Positions 1-10,759 of a stretch of 64,000 bases of DNA are shown here, one piece after another. The translations under genes were made by a program, and so were the position numbers. How positions within the stretch are numbered: position 1 is the first letter of the stretch; the number at the start of each line of letters is the position of its first letter. The notes beneath the pieces are model-generated. The model did not search any database and had not been told where the DNA came from. It saw nothing but the letters and a program-made list of their open reading frames with translations. This DNA is from Sphagnum compactum. Its lineage: Eukaryota. Location of the stretch: assembly GCA_965153455.1 (NCBI GenBank), contig OZ234493.1, positions 13,258,213 through 13,322,212 on the forward strand. The letters run 5' to 3'.

Positions 1-592
1 CTTTGTGTAAGCTTTTTTGGGTCTGTAACTTTGTGATCTTATAGATCATATAGGAATATATGTGTGAGAGAAATTTCATGTCATTTGGACTTGTATTGAG
101 AGAGATTCAAGCATCTGAAGTTTCAAATGCAGATCTGGTTTTTTGGTCATATCTCCTTTGTGTAAGCTTTTTTGGGTCTGTAACTCTGTGATCTTATAGA
201 TCATATAGGAATATATGTGTGAGAGAAATTTCATGTCATTTGGACTTATATTGAGAGAGATCCAAGCATCTGAAGTTTCAAGTGCAGATCTGGTTTTTTG
301 GTCATATCTCCTTTGTGTAAGCTTTTTTGGGTCTGTAACTTTGTGATCTTATAGATCATATAGGAATATATGTGTGAGAAAAATTTCATGTCATTTGGAC
401 TTGTATTGAGAGAGATCCAAGCATCTGAAGTTTCAAGTGCAGATCTGGTTTTTTGGTCATATCTCCTTTGTTTAAGTTTTTTTCGGTCTGTAACTTTGTG
501 ATCTTATAGATCATATAGGAATATATGTGTGAGAGAAATTTCATGTCATTTGGACTTGTATTGAGAGAGATCCAAGCATCTGAAGTTTCAAG
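1..592. repeat. 155-bp tandem repeat, about 3.8 copies (may continue beyond window start)
   Basis: Unit start CTTTGTGTAAGC recurs at 1, 156 and 311, with a variant at 466. Copies are near-identical. The array ends about 40 bp before the gag ATG. Confidence 0.95.
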
Positions 593-631
593 TTTGAATA
601 TTGAAAGCGCAAAAGTGTGAGAACTACCACC

Positions 632-1270
632 ATGGACAACTCAGAATCCAACATCGATCTCACTCAAATCCTCGCCGCCCTTCAACACCTTCAACAAGAA
701 AATGCCGTGCTTAGAGACTCGGTGACCCGCCTACAGAATCAGCCACCACCTCCTGCCCCAGTACTTCCTGCTCTTGCAATGGCCGCCTAAGAACCCAAGA
801 TCAGTCTGCCAGAAAAGTTTGATGGAACGCGCCTCAAATTTCGAGGCTTTGTCAGCCAGGTACGCCTGATCATGCAACTACACCCCCGTCGTTATTTTGA
901 TGACACCACTCGTGTAGGATTCGTTGGAACCCTACTCACTGGGACAGCTGCAGCATGGTTTGCTCCCATCCTGGAAACATCATCCCCTCTTCTACAAGAT
1001 TTCAACGCCTTTATGGCGGAATTTGAAGCAGTATTTGGGGACAGTGATAAGGCCAGGACTTCAGCCAACAAGCTGCGTCGCCTCCAGCAAGGGACACGTT
1101 CGGCCATCGTCTACGCTTCAGAATTCAGGCAGCTTGCCTGTGACGTCAATTGGGGAGAAGCTGCCTTGATTGATCAGTTTCGCTGTGGGCTTCGTGATGA
1201 TGTTCAAGATCTTTTGTTGACACTCGCAGACCCTTCTTCTTTCAGTGAAGCCATCACCCAGGCAATTCGA
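632..1270 (+). pseudogene. Retrotransposon Gag with premature stop
   Basis: ATG at 632 is in frame with ORF 872-1393. An in-frame TAA at 788-790 lies just before EPKISLPEKFDG. Retrotrans_gag-like motifs are present. Confidence 0.85.
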
Positions 1271-1271
1271 A

Positions 1272-1673
1272 CTAAGGGTTTACAAGCGCCTCGGACCTTT
1301 CAAAATCGCCAAATTGGTTGGTCTAGTGGCTTGCCAGTTGGAGCTTTCACCCCAGTTCAAAATCCACAATGTTTTCCATGTCTCCCTGCTTGAGCCCTAT
1401 CATGAAAACCCGATCCCAGAACGTCATCAAGAACCCCCAGCTCCAGTCGAAATTGAAGGCCAAGAAGAGTTTGAAGTTCAGGAGGTCTTGGACTCCAAGA
1501 AGATTCGTGGAAAGCTCCTGTACCTTGTCTTTTGGCGAGGTTATCCTCCTTCTGAAGCTACTTGGGAGCCTGCTGGAAACCTAGTTCATGCCCAAGACTT
1601 AGTTAATCGGTTTCACCAACGATATCCTAACAAACCGGCTCCATCTAGAAGATGTCGCTTGAGGAGAGGATAA
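1272..1673 (+). pseudogene. Integrase C-terminal GPF/Y region plus chromodomain
   Basis: YKRLGPFKI...IHNVFHVSLLEPY, then EFEVQEVLDSKKIRGKLLYLVFWRGYPPSEATWEP (chromodomain). Confidence 0.9.
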
Positions 1674-1903
1674 TGTCATGGCCTAGGATATTTTGGGATA
1701 CTTTTGGCAATGTCATGTCCTAGGATATTTTGGGATACTTTTGGCAATATCATGGCCTAGGATATTTTGGGACTAGTATGGCTCAGGGTTATAAAAGGAG
1801 ATAGTCTGGGGAACAACCCTTTAGCAGATCAACACCAGTTGATGGATCAATAAAGCTTGTCTTGTCTTGTAATTCTCCACTTGTTTGTAGTCGGTCCATA
1901 ACA
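1674..1903 (+). repeat. 3' LTR (230 bp) with an internal 37-bp tandem repeat
   Basis: Begins TGTCATG (1674) right after the PPT and ends CATAACA (1903), an imperfect inverted terminus. 37-bp units start at 1674, 1711 and 1748. TATAAAA near 1790 and AATAAA near 1849. Confidence 0.85.
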
Positions 1904-2949
1904 GCTATTGCTCTTTTCATATTGGTGTTATGTTAGTGTTGTTGCTCTTTTCACAAGGTCATGCTACTCTTTTAGTATTGTGCTGTTATTCTTTTCACAT
2001 TTGTGTTGTTTTTTTCATGTGTTGTGTTGTTATTTTTGTCATGTTAGTGTTGTTGTTTTTTTTGTGTTGATGTTGTTTCTTGTTGCATTGGTGTTCAAAT
2101 ATTTTGTGTCTTAATCTTTTGTTGTTATTCTTCTCATCTTGGTGTTATTATTCCTTTTGTGTTAGTTTGGTATTTCCCCCTATTGTCCCATGCAGGTTAG
2201 AATTTAAAGCACTAAACTAATGACCAATTGACGTTTGAGGTGAGCCTTTTTCATTTTTTTATGTGGTTTATTTTTTTCGAATTTTATTGTTTTTTTTTTG
2301 GTAGGATTTCCTTATACTTTTTTTTATACATTTAATTACAAAATTCAATTACAAATTGTATCTTGTTTTGAAAAATAAATCTCATCTTGTAAATGCTAGT
2401 TTTGATAGATCATATAATTATTTAATTTTTTTCATTACTCATCAAGGCAATAATTTTGAACTTGAATTGAACATGGAATAATCTTTTGAAAATGAAAATA
2501 CATATGATGTATTCATGAATGAAATAAGGATGGAAGATGAACCTTTGCAAAAACTTTTTTAAAATGCAAGTGTTTTGGAAACCAAATAACATAAATGCAT
2601 TATGTTGAGCATTTAATTGTGTTGATGATAACAAAGAAGTTGATTTACCAGCTTTTTAAATCATGCATTTTATTCTTTGTTATAATCATTTAGTTTTGAA
2701 TTTAAATCCAAAAACTCAAGCAAGAAAAATGATTAATCATATATAACATGACTAATGGTATAACTACATTGAAAATACTTGTAAATGTAAACCGTTCCAT
2801 TATTTTTATAAAATTTGAAAAAGAAGTGAACAATCCTTTGAAAGAAAATGAAAGACAACCTACAAAAAAAAGACCAAATATGTTTATAAGTTCCATATCC
2901 AATTTTTTCTATTGCAAAGGAACATTTTTTAAAAAAATGATTGGTAACA

Positions 2950-4005
2950 AAAACAAAATATGAAGGATATATCTAAGAGTTTTAATTATCAAAAACCATC
3001 TTTTTTTATAGTTTGTGGAAAGTATTTGATTAAAACAATTTAGTATGCATCCAAGACTTGTTTTTCCTTTTAGAAAATAGCTATTTCATGAATTATTACT
3101 CGATTTAGTGGGAAAATTTAAAACAATTGCATGTTTTGCCAATTTTAACAAAATTCCATTATGCATTTATTGGTTTTAATTTGTGAATGTTTAAAGGTGG
3201 ACATGATATCATTTTTTCAAAGGTTGATTAGTAGCCAAAACACATTATCCTTAACCTTTTTAAGGCAACAAATATTAATGGACAAACTTTGGCCAAAAAC
3301 TTGACAAAAATATCAATGGATACTTATAAATTGAAATAAAAAATTGTTGTTTATGTCAAAGATGAGGGATCTAATTTGAACAATATGACTATAATTGTAA
3401 AATTAGCTGTAAGTTGCGATGTGTTGGGTTTGGAAAAAATAATTTAAGGAACTTATTTTGGTCATGCATTTTTACAAAGATGCCAATATGCAACAAGAAA
3501 TGAAATGTTTTGCAAGGGTTTTAAATACGTTCTTTCAAAGTTGCCCAAAGAAATTTACAAAATGCATAACTAACCAAAAAATTTAAGAAAGGGCAAGCAA
3601 GAATGGAACAAGGCTAATGATAATTCAAGTCTTCCCCCAAGGAAATTGAACATTTTAATGAAGACAAGGTAAACTTTTTATTTTTACTTAATTTTTTTAA
3701 TGTTTACATTTTTTTAAATTCCTACCATATATAGTATGACTTTTTTTGGCCTTTGCAAATTTGTTAATAAAGTTACCCTTTTTAAAGAAACTTTCTAATT
3801 TAAAATTATTATTATATTATGTTACAACAACATGCAAAATACTATGAAAATGCCTATCAGAATACCACCTCCATTCACATGGTACATATTTTATTGTTGA
3901 TTCCTTTGGCCCTGTTGTATTTTATTGTATTTTGAACCAATATAAATATAGTTGGTTGGTAAGTGATGCATTAAACTTTGCCATATCTATGACATTGCAA
4001 ATTTA
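2950..4005 (+). pseudogene. Decayed hAT-family transposase, central part
   Basis: Around 3340-3500 it reads KIVVYVKDEGSNLNNMT...VSCDVLGLE..GTYFGHAF..CQYAT, resembling the hAT second catalytic Asp and CxxH region. Many stops and frameshifts; bounds approximate. Confidence 0.65.
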
Positions 4006-5276
4006 ACATGTGACGAATTAATAATGAAACCGTACAAATTTCGTTCATTCATAGGTTTGTACATTTTTCACATAAATGTCATGCGTTGAAAACATGTTTA
4101 ACACATAGATAAATGTGTTAACGGATGAAGGACGAACTTAAATAAATAAATGTCATATGAATTTCACATTTTCCTATAATTTGTGTTTCAAATGTTTTTT
4201 CATTACGATGAAAAGGGGTGTTTTACAATTGGCCTTGCAACTTAATTTTTGAATTGCACCAAAAACTTGCAACTCATTGTATTTATACACTATGAATGTT
4301 AATGAACAAGTTGCATGAATTGCAAAATTGTAATTCAATGTGTATATGGTGCAATTCATTACAATTCAATTATAATTTTGTAAAAACAACTCATTTTAAA
4401 AAACTATACAACTCCATTATAACTATACCCATGATGTCATCCTAATGTCATTAATTGTCATCCATCCATTAAAATCTAACATGTGAAATTATGAAAAATT
4501 TTGGACTTAAAATTTAATTTTTTTGAAATATTGATCTCCATTGTTTATTATGATTGTTAATGACGGTCCAAGATTGTGATATGTGGCACAATAAAAAATT
4601 GCCACATGGCACATAAAATTAAAAAATAAATATTTATTTCAACAATTAATTATGTCATACATAATTATAAGTAAGTAGTTCGGTAGATGTGAGCCATACC
4701 GACACAACCATGTGCGGTAGTCTTAATTTTTAAGAATTGCATCAAGGTTATTTGAGTGGGGTAAGGTTATTAAGGACTTTTAGCGACTTCATAGGGAATG
4801 ATGAATGCATTTGGTGCATAGGGGGTTTTTTTTTTTTCTGAAATGCGTTATTGGTGAATAAGAAATTGGATTAGTTTTTTTCTTCAACGAAGGCTTATAA
4901 CCATAGTTTTAGAAACTCTGTTGCGTAATTAGGGATGAGAAATCTCTAGAGGGTTGGGGGTAGAAGTAGACACCAAAATTAGCGGTGTTCAACACAACAT
5001 TAGTCTTGTTATAGTGTTTAGGGAGTAACAAGCCTGTTAGAAATTCTCGAAGCAATTGAGGGGGTGTTAATGAAAGGTTTAATAGAGATAGAACAATCTT
5101 CAAGCCATTGAACATAAGGTTAATTCGAGGCAACTCAACGATTAAATAGATAATATGATAGTGTGCCAATGGCAACAGGAATCTAATGATAATTGAAACA
5201 TTTATTTAGAATAACGTTAAGCTCAGCAAGGAGCTGTAAGTACATTTAAAATTCTGGGCTATGCCATAGTGATAGT

Positions 5277-5699
5277 TCACAACTGCAGGAAATCTAGGAT
5301 GCGTCGGATGGTGCGAACTAGGTAGTCCGCCTTGTTATTAGGAGACAATCGACGAATCGAACCGCGCAATCAACAATAGTGTCCAACGCCGGGAACTGAA
5401 GACCATGTGAAGATAGAAGTATCTTCAGTTTCGTAACAACCTTCACAAACGGTCTCGGGTTCGTCACCAGAAGCGGGGTCGACTTGCAGCAAGATCACCA
5501 AGGTGCGAGAGTTCGGAGAAATACGATAGTACCAAGCTCAAGGGGGTTCAACTTCAAGACGAGCACGCACCTCTTGAGGTTCGGGTTCTTCATCACGAGG
5601 ATGCTGTGTTAGAGTAAGATCTAGAGATGAATCCAGAGGCGGTTCTTCATTCGCTTGTGCAGCTTGCGGCCCGTAAGATGTGACCGTGCGCGACGCCAT
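5277..5699 (-). pseudogene. Orphan 140-codon ORF (MASRTVTSYGPQAAQANEEPP...TIRRILDFLQL) with two in-frame TGA stops
   Basis: GC-rich island in AT-rich DNA. ATG at 5699, TGA at 5540-5538 and 5372-5370, terminal TGA at 5279-5277, no frameshift. TATAAAT at 5799-5793. Confidence 0.6.
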
Positions 5700-5941
5700 A
5701 ATTTCAAGGAGAGGAAAAAGGTCAGATCTTCAACCAAATCAAATCGACAATGAAGGTGCGAAGGACTTGTTACATTGAGGTGCATAGTCGTAATTTATAG
5801 ATCGAAGAAAAGGAAAGGAAGGCGTGAGTAACGGCTTAAAACCATGGTAAAGTAAAACCGTGAGGTCAAAGAAAAAAATTGAAGGTTTAAGTAAAGGTTT
5901 TTGGGGGGAAAATGGAAGAGGTGAAGAGATGTTTCTCCTTC

Positions 5942-6014
5942 ACCTTCCATTGGCCACTAAGCATGGAACCTTCCATTGGCCACCAAGCATGGAACCTTCC
6001 ATTGGCCACCAAGC
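5942..6014. repeat. 26-bp tandem repeat x about 3, each with a CCAAT box on the minus strand
   Basis: ACCTTCCATTGGCCAC(T/C)AAGCATGGA repeated upstream of the orphan ORF's TATA box. Confidence 0.85.
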
Positions 6015-6273
6015 TTTGAATCTACTTTCACCTCCCTTCTCCTTCTTTTTAAAAGGCGGACTCGGATCATTGGGGTTTCTCTCTTTGCCTCGGAAATAAT
6101 TTTCATTCAATCTTGAATATTTGTCCCCACAAGCTTCTTGAGGAGGAAAATAATGATTAATCTTGGTAGAGGGGAGAAGGAAGGGAAATAGAATGAAAAT
6201 CTTGTAATAATTTTGAAGGAATGGGGGTAGGTAGTGATAGTGTTGGAAGATTGGAACTTTAGAGAAATCTCAC

Positions 6274-6828
6274 AAACCCTCTCGGGTTTCATAACATAAC
6301 TTCTTGCTAGTTCAGCTGCAGAGCTTGAGATTTGGTACGAAGGTGCGCCTTGTAGTCAGCTTTCCAATGAACTAAGGCAAGCTGGATTTGGATACCGTAT
6401 GTGTTAGAAACAATATTATGAGTGACTAGAGGTCTGCAGTCAAGTTGAACAACTGCCTTCGTAAAACCCTCTCGGGTTTGGTGGTATAACTCCTCACTGG
6501 TTTAACTTCAGATCTTGAGATTTGGTAGAAAGGTGCACCTTGTAGTTAGCTTTCCAATGAGGTAAGGCAAGCCGGATTTGGATACCATATGTGTTAGAAA
6601 CAATATTCTGAGTGACTAGAGGTCTGCAATCAAGTTGAACAACTGCCTTCGTAAAACCCTCTCGGGTTTGGTGGTATAACTCCTTGCTGGTTCAGCTGTA
6701 GAGCTTGAGATTTGGTAGCAATATGCGCCTAGTTGTTAGCTTTCTAATGAGCTATGGCAAGCCGAATTTAAATAACATATGTGTTAGAAAGAACATTTCA
6801 AGTGACTAGTGGTCTGCAACTATGTTGG
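6274..6828. repeat. 190-bp tandem repeat, about 2.9 copies
   Basis: AAACCCTCTCGGGTTT recurs at 6274, 6464 and 6654. Confidence 0.95.
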
Positions 6829-8919
6829 ACATGGTGTTGAGTCCTTAAACATTGGTTTAAATGAATGACAATTTGACATAAAGTCCTAGAATGTGTAGCG
6901 TGTGAGCTTGGAAAAAATATATCTATCAGTCCTAATCGTGAATGATGCATAGGAGGCAGGCTACTTAATTTCAACTACAAACGCAATTTAACATATAGAA
7001 TTACACTTGCATCTTTCCTTCACCAATAGCTTTTGTGCTTCCAAGCATAGTCACCTTGTGGAACCAAGAGTAGAGGGACGGAAAGTCGCCTCACAGTAGG
7101 TCTTAGGACCTATCTACCTACATAAGTAGGTAAAAAAGTAAGACATATTTATTTATCTAAGTAGTTAGGAAAACACAAGATTAAATGAATTAAAGAATAA
7201 CCATTAAAAATATATATTTAAACTTTTATATTTGACCTTTAGGATTAAGTTATTTTGAACTCATCCCAAAATGATACATGTATTCTAATGTGAACACATA
7301 AAAGAACACACCTTCTTTATATAGTTTATAACATGGGATTCAAATACATAGCATATGGGTTAAATTTTTTTGTTGTTCCTTAATTGCAAATTGAGATGCA
7401 ACTATAAAAAGGTTTTCCCACATGCTTTGAGCTTGTTTTTCGATATGTAAATTATATAATTAAATTAATAATTATAAGATAATTAAATATGTGAATTACA
7501 TATTTAATACTTAGTTATTTGAAATAATGATTTGAACTCTTTAATTGAATTAATTAACCAATGAGTTAATTATTTAAATTCATTAATTTAATTCAAATAA
7601 TTTGTTAGTTCGTGAATTAGTATAATTCATATCAAATAATTAGTTATTGTAATCAAATAAATGAAAATTTATTTGAATTATTCAATATAGTTTAATTGTT
7701 AGTTATCTCGAATAATTAATCAATTGACTTTAGATAATTTATTATCAGATGATAATTATTTACATTATATGATTAGTCACTTATCATCTGAATTTTGAAT
7801 TTTTTAAAAATATTTTTATTAAATAATGAATTAATTACATCATTAAAATTTATTTATAATTCATAGTAATTGATTATCATTTTAATTAATTAGTTCATAA
7901 TAATTAAATAAATCCCATAGTAATTAATAAATAATAAGTACTAAATTATTGAAAAATAATTCATTATTAAATATTAAATATTGTATCTAAATTTGGGTGG
8001 AAAACATCAAGGTATAAATAGGCATATCCATACGTACACTAAATTGAATTTTTAATATAATATACACATTGTTTTTAGTTTGACATCGAAATTAATTATA
8101 TGTATTCAATTAATCAATTAATTAACTAAAATTGTTAATGATTTGGTAATTATTGATGAATTAGAAAAATATTTTAAATAATTGATCTAATTCATTATGA
8201 AGTAACCCAACTTGGATAAATATTTTTTTGATTATTATTTAATAATTAATTAATTTTTAAATTAATGTAAAATTAATTATATGAATTACACTTACTTATT
8301 CATATTAATAGTTGAATTATTGAAACAATAAATTTTTATAGACATTACATATGAATATGTATCCTTATTAAATTATAAGCAATTACAATATAGTTATAAC
8401 ACAATTGAACGATAATATTTTAGTAGTGGCACACTAGTGACTCTACTACTACTTGTATAAATAGGAATCATAGTTGAAAATTAGTTGCAAATGTATCTCA
8501 TAATGGGTGGTGGAAATGTGCACACGTGACATGATTACGATATGTACATTGTACATTAGTTCCAACATAATTATTATTTTAGTGGCACATTTACAATAGT
8601 TCAAAAACAATTGCCACATCCAATTACAATGTTACTTCTAAAAAAGTCAAACATGGTTAACTACGTATGTATATATGATGTGTACAAATTATCGTATAAA
8701 AAACCCATTTTCAATTCATTTACAATTATAATACAACTAACTAATTTTTGAAGTGGCAATTCATTTATTAATACCTTGTATTTCTAGGGGATAGTTGCAC
8801 AATAGTTGTATATGAAATTTTTTTTAAGCTTTAATTGTAAGGTAGTGTGGTTTCGATGGATGTAATTTTTCATAGTGTTTCAAAGCACAAAAAATAATAT
8901 GAATTATTATTTGAACGAA

Positions 8920-10083
8920 TTTTGCAATCTCTGACAACTTAATGGAAGACGATGCAAATGTTGTTTTTTAATTACTATGTTTAGCTTCCAACGTGAAAAA
9001 CGAAGGTGTGGGGGTTTTGAATTTTTTCTTTCCATTTAAAAACAATATGAAAAAAAATCATGTTATATGTTTTCTTTGATGTTGGACATTGGTTTTAAAA
9101 CCCTTCGTATTTTGTCTTCACTTATTGGTCATGATAATAACATTTATTGGCCATCGTTGAAAAATATGATAGAAAATATTTGTTTCCTATTTTTTTAAAG
9201 TGTTATTATCATTTGCATCCTTTGGCTAAAGCTAAAAAGGGTATTGTTGATCTAGGGGTTAAAAAGGACAAGAATTTGGATATCTTTGAGATGACAATTA
9301 ACACAAGTGAACCAACAACAAAATTGATCAATAGAAAGTTTCTAATTTTTAGGCGTTATCAAGTGGATGTCAAAACCATCAGATCATGTCCACTTTAATG
9401 GGCGGGAAAACATGAGAATATGTTTATTACATTTGATTTTTATGTTAGACAAATCTTAAAGATAGTTGGATCCCAAAATTTAAAGGAGATGATCTTTTCT
9501 TCATTTGGAATCTTTACTAATCCTAAGAGATGTTGTTTATAATAAATGTTTTTGGAAAATTTGATTTTTGTCAACAAAGTAGGCCTAATGATCCTATGAT
9601 AAGTTGTAAATTCCTTTTAGTTTGGTAGAATTAATTAAAACTATTTAGAGGAAGAGTTAAAGAAGTTTGAAAGAGCTTTTGAAAGGGATGAAATTATGGA
9701 ATAAAAAATTTGGACTAAAAAATTTGTTGTAAATTATAAGTTTTCATCTATATTAGTGATATTTAAAGTGTAATTTTAAAATTTTAAGTAATGAAGTAAT
9801 TAAATTATTTGTTTATTTGTTATTTATTATAATTAATGTTAATTATGAAAAAAAATTAATAATCAAGTTGTGAAAACCATATGTGAAAACAAATTATTAT
9901 TGTATATGTGAGAACCGCCTTATTTGCAAATTGGGTGAATTTGGAAAACTTAAAAATATTGATACCTTTGTTGATTCTCACTAGCCCAAAAGAAAATTTA
10001 AAAAACAAATTGAATTTTCATAACATCATGTAAAAATTGGAACCAACTAGTTTGCACAAAAAAATGAAAACCACCCAACACTA
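8920..10083 (+). pseudogene. Decayed hAT transposase C-terminal (dimerisation) region and putative right TIR
   Basis: ORF 9147-9398, then degenerate W..KHE..F...RQIL.IVGSQ...IFS..GI.TN..RC.L...LENLIFVNK. AACCACCCAACACT at about 10069-10082 matches the MITE terminus at 59385. Confidence 0.7.
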
Positions 10084-10759
10084 AAAATGAAATGTTGTAG
10101 AAGGGGCAAGTGATTTGCTTTTTAAAATTAAAACATTTGATTTTTTTAATTTAAAAAATAATAATGAGTTGTTCGGGCACCTCAAAATGTGTAGTGAATT
10201 TTAATTTGGTCATGAGTGTTTGGACCACTTAAAAAAATTAAGCAACTTTTTAAAGTTTTAAAATTCCTTTATGATGAATAAGTTTTTTAAGGTGAGATTT
10301 TGGTGATATGATTTGGGAGGGGATTGAACCCCTAAACTACCCACTACAACACAAGCCTTCTTTTGCATAGTGCAAACATACATAATATTGCACAAAACAA
10401 ATAACAAAATGAACAAACTATGGCTAGTACCTACTTGCTAAAAATTGACTTGTGGGGGAATTGAACACCTAAATTGCCTATTATAATAAAAACCACTTGC
10501 AAAATAACACACAACAAATATACTATACACAATAACAAAACTTTTTAGAATTTATTACCACTAGCAAAGAAGCAAAATTTTAATGGAGACATTAACTTTG
10601 TTAAGATCATGGAAACTAATAATCAAAAGCAAAAAATAGATCTTAAGTTACTGAAATAAAAATTATGCATCAAATCCATATATTAAGATCACATATCCTT
10701 CCAAGCTACAACTATTATGGGTATGGAAAGTTTTTCAATGTGTAAAATTGTTGAATAAA

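Larger units (their letters stand above)
1..1903 (+). mobile_element. Internally deleted, non-autonomous Ty3/gypsy chromovirus LTR retrotransposon (5' LTR not in window)
   Basis: gag (EPKISLPEKFDG...LRRLQQG...YASEFRQLA) is joined at about 1271 directly to the integrase C-terminus and chromodomain. Polypurine tract GAGGAGAGGA at 1661-1670, then a TG...CA LTR. Protease, RT, RNase H and the integrase core are absent. Whether the 155-bp array is part of the element cannot be confirmed without the 5' LTR. Confidence 0.85.
4201..8877. mobile_element. CACTA/EnSpm-like non-autonomous element inserted in the hAT remnant
   Basis: Left end CATTACGA at 4201; right end TCATAGTG at 8877 (reverse complement CACTATGA). 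TTT flanks both sides as a possible 3-bp TSD. TTGCA/TGCAA-rich subterminal regions at both ends. hAT coding sequence resumes on the far side. Confidence 0.55.

Noticed and set aside
1-592. Regular repeats as a CRISPR array
   Set aside because: Whole units repeat head-to-tail with no unique spacers, no cas genes, and the context is eukaryotic.
7140-8400. Very AT-rich, TAATTA-rich stretch as a functional structure
   Set aside because: Low-complexity TE interior; short palindromes are expected at this composition.
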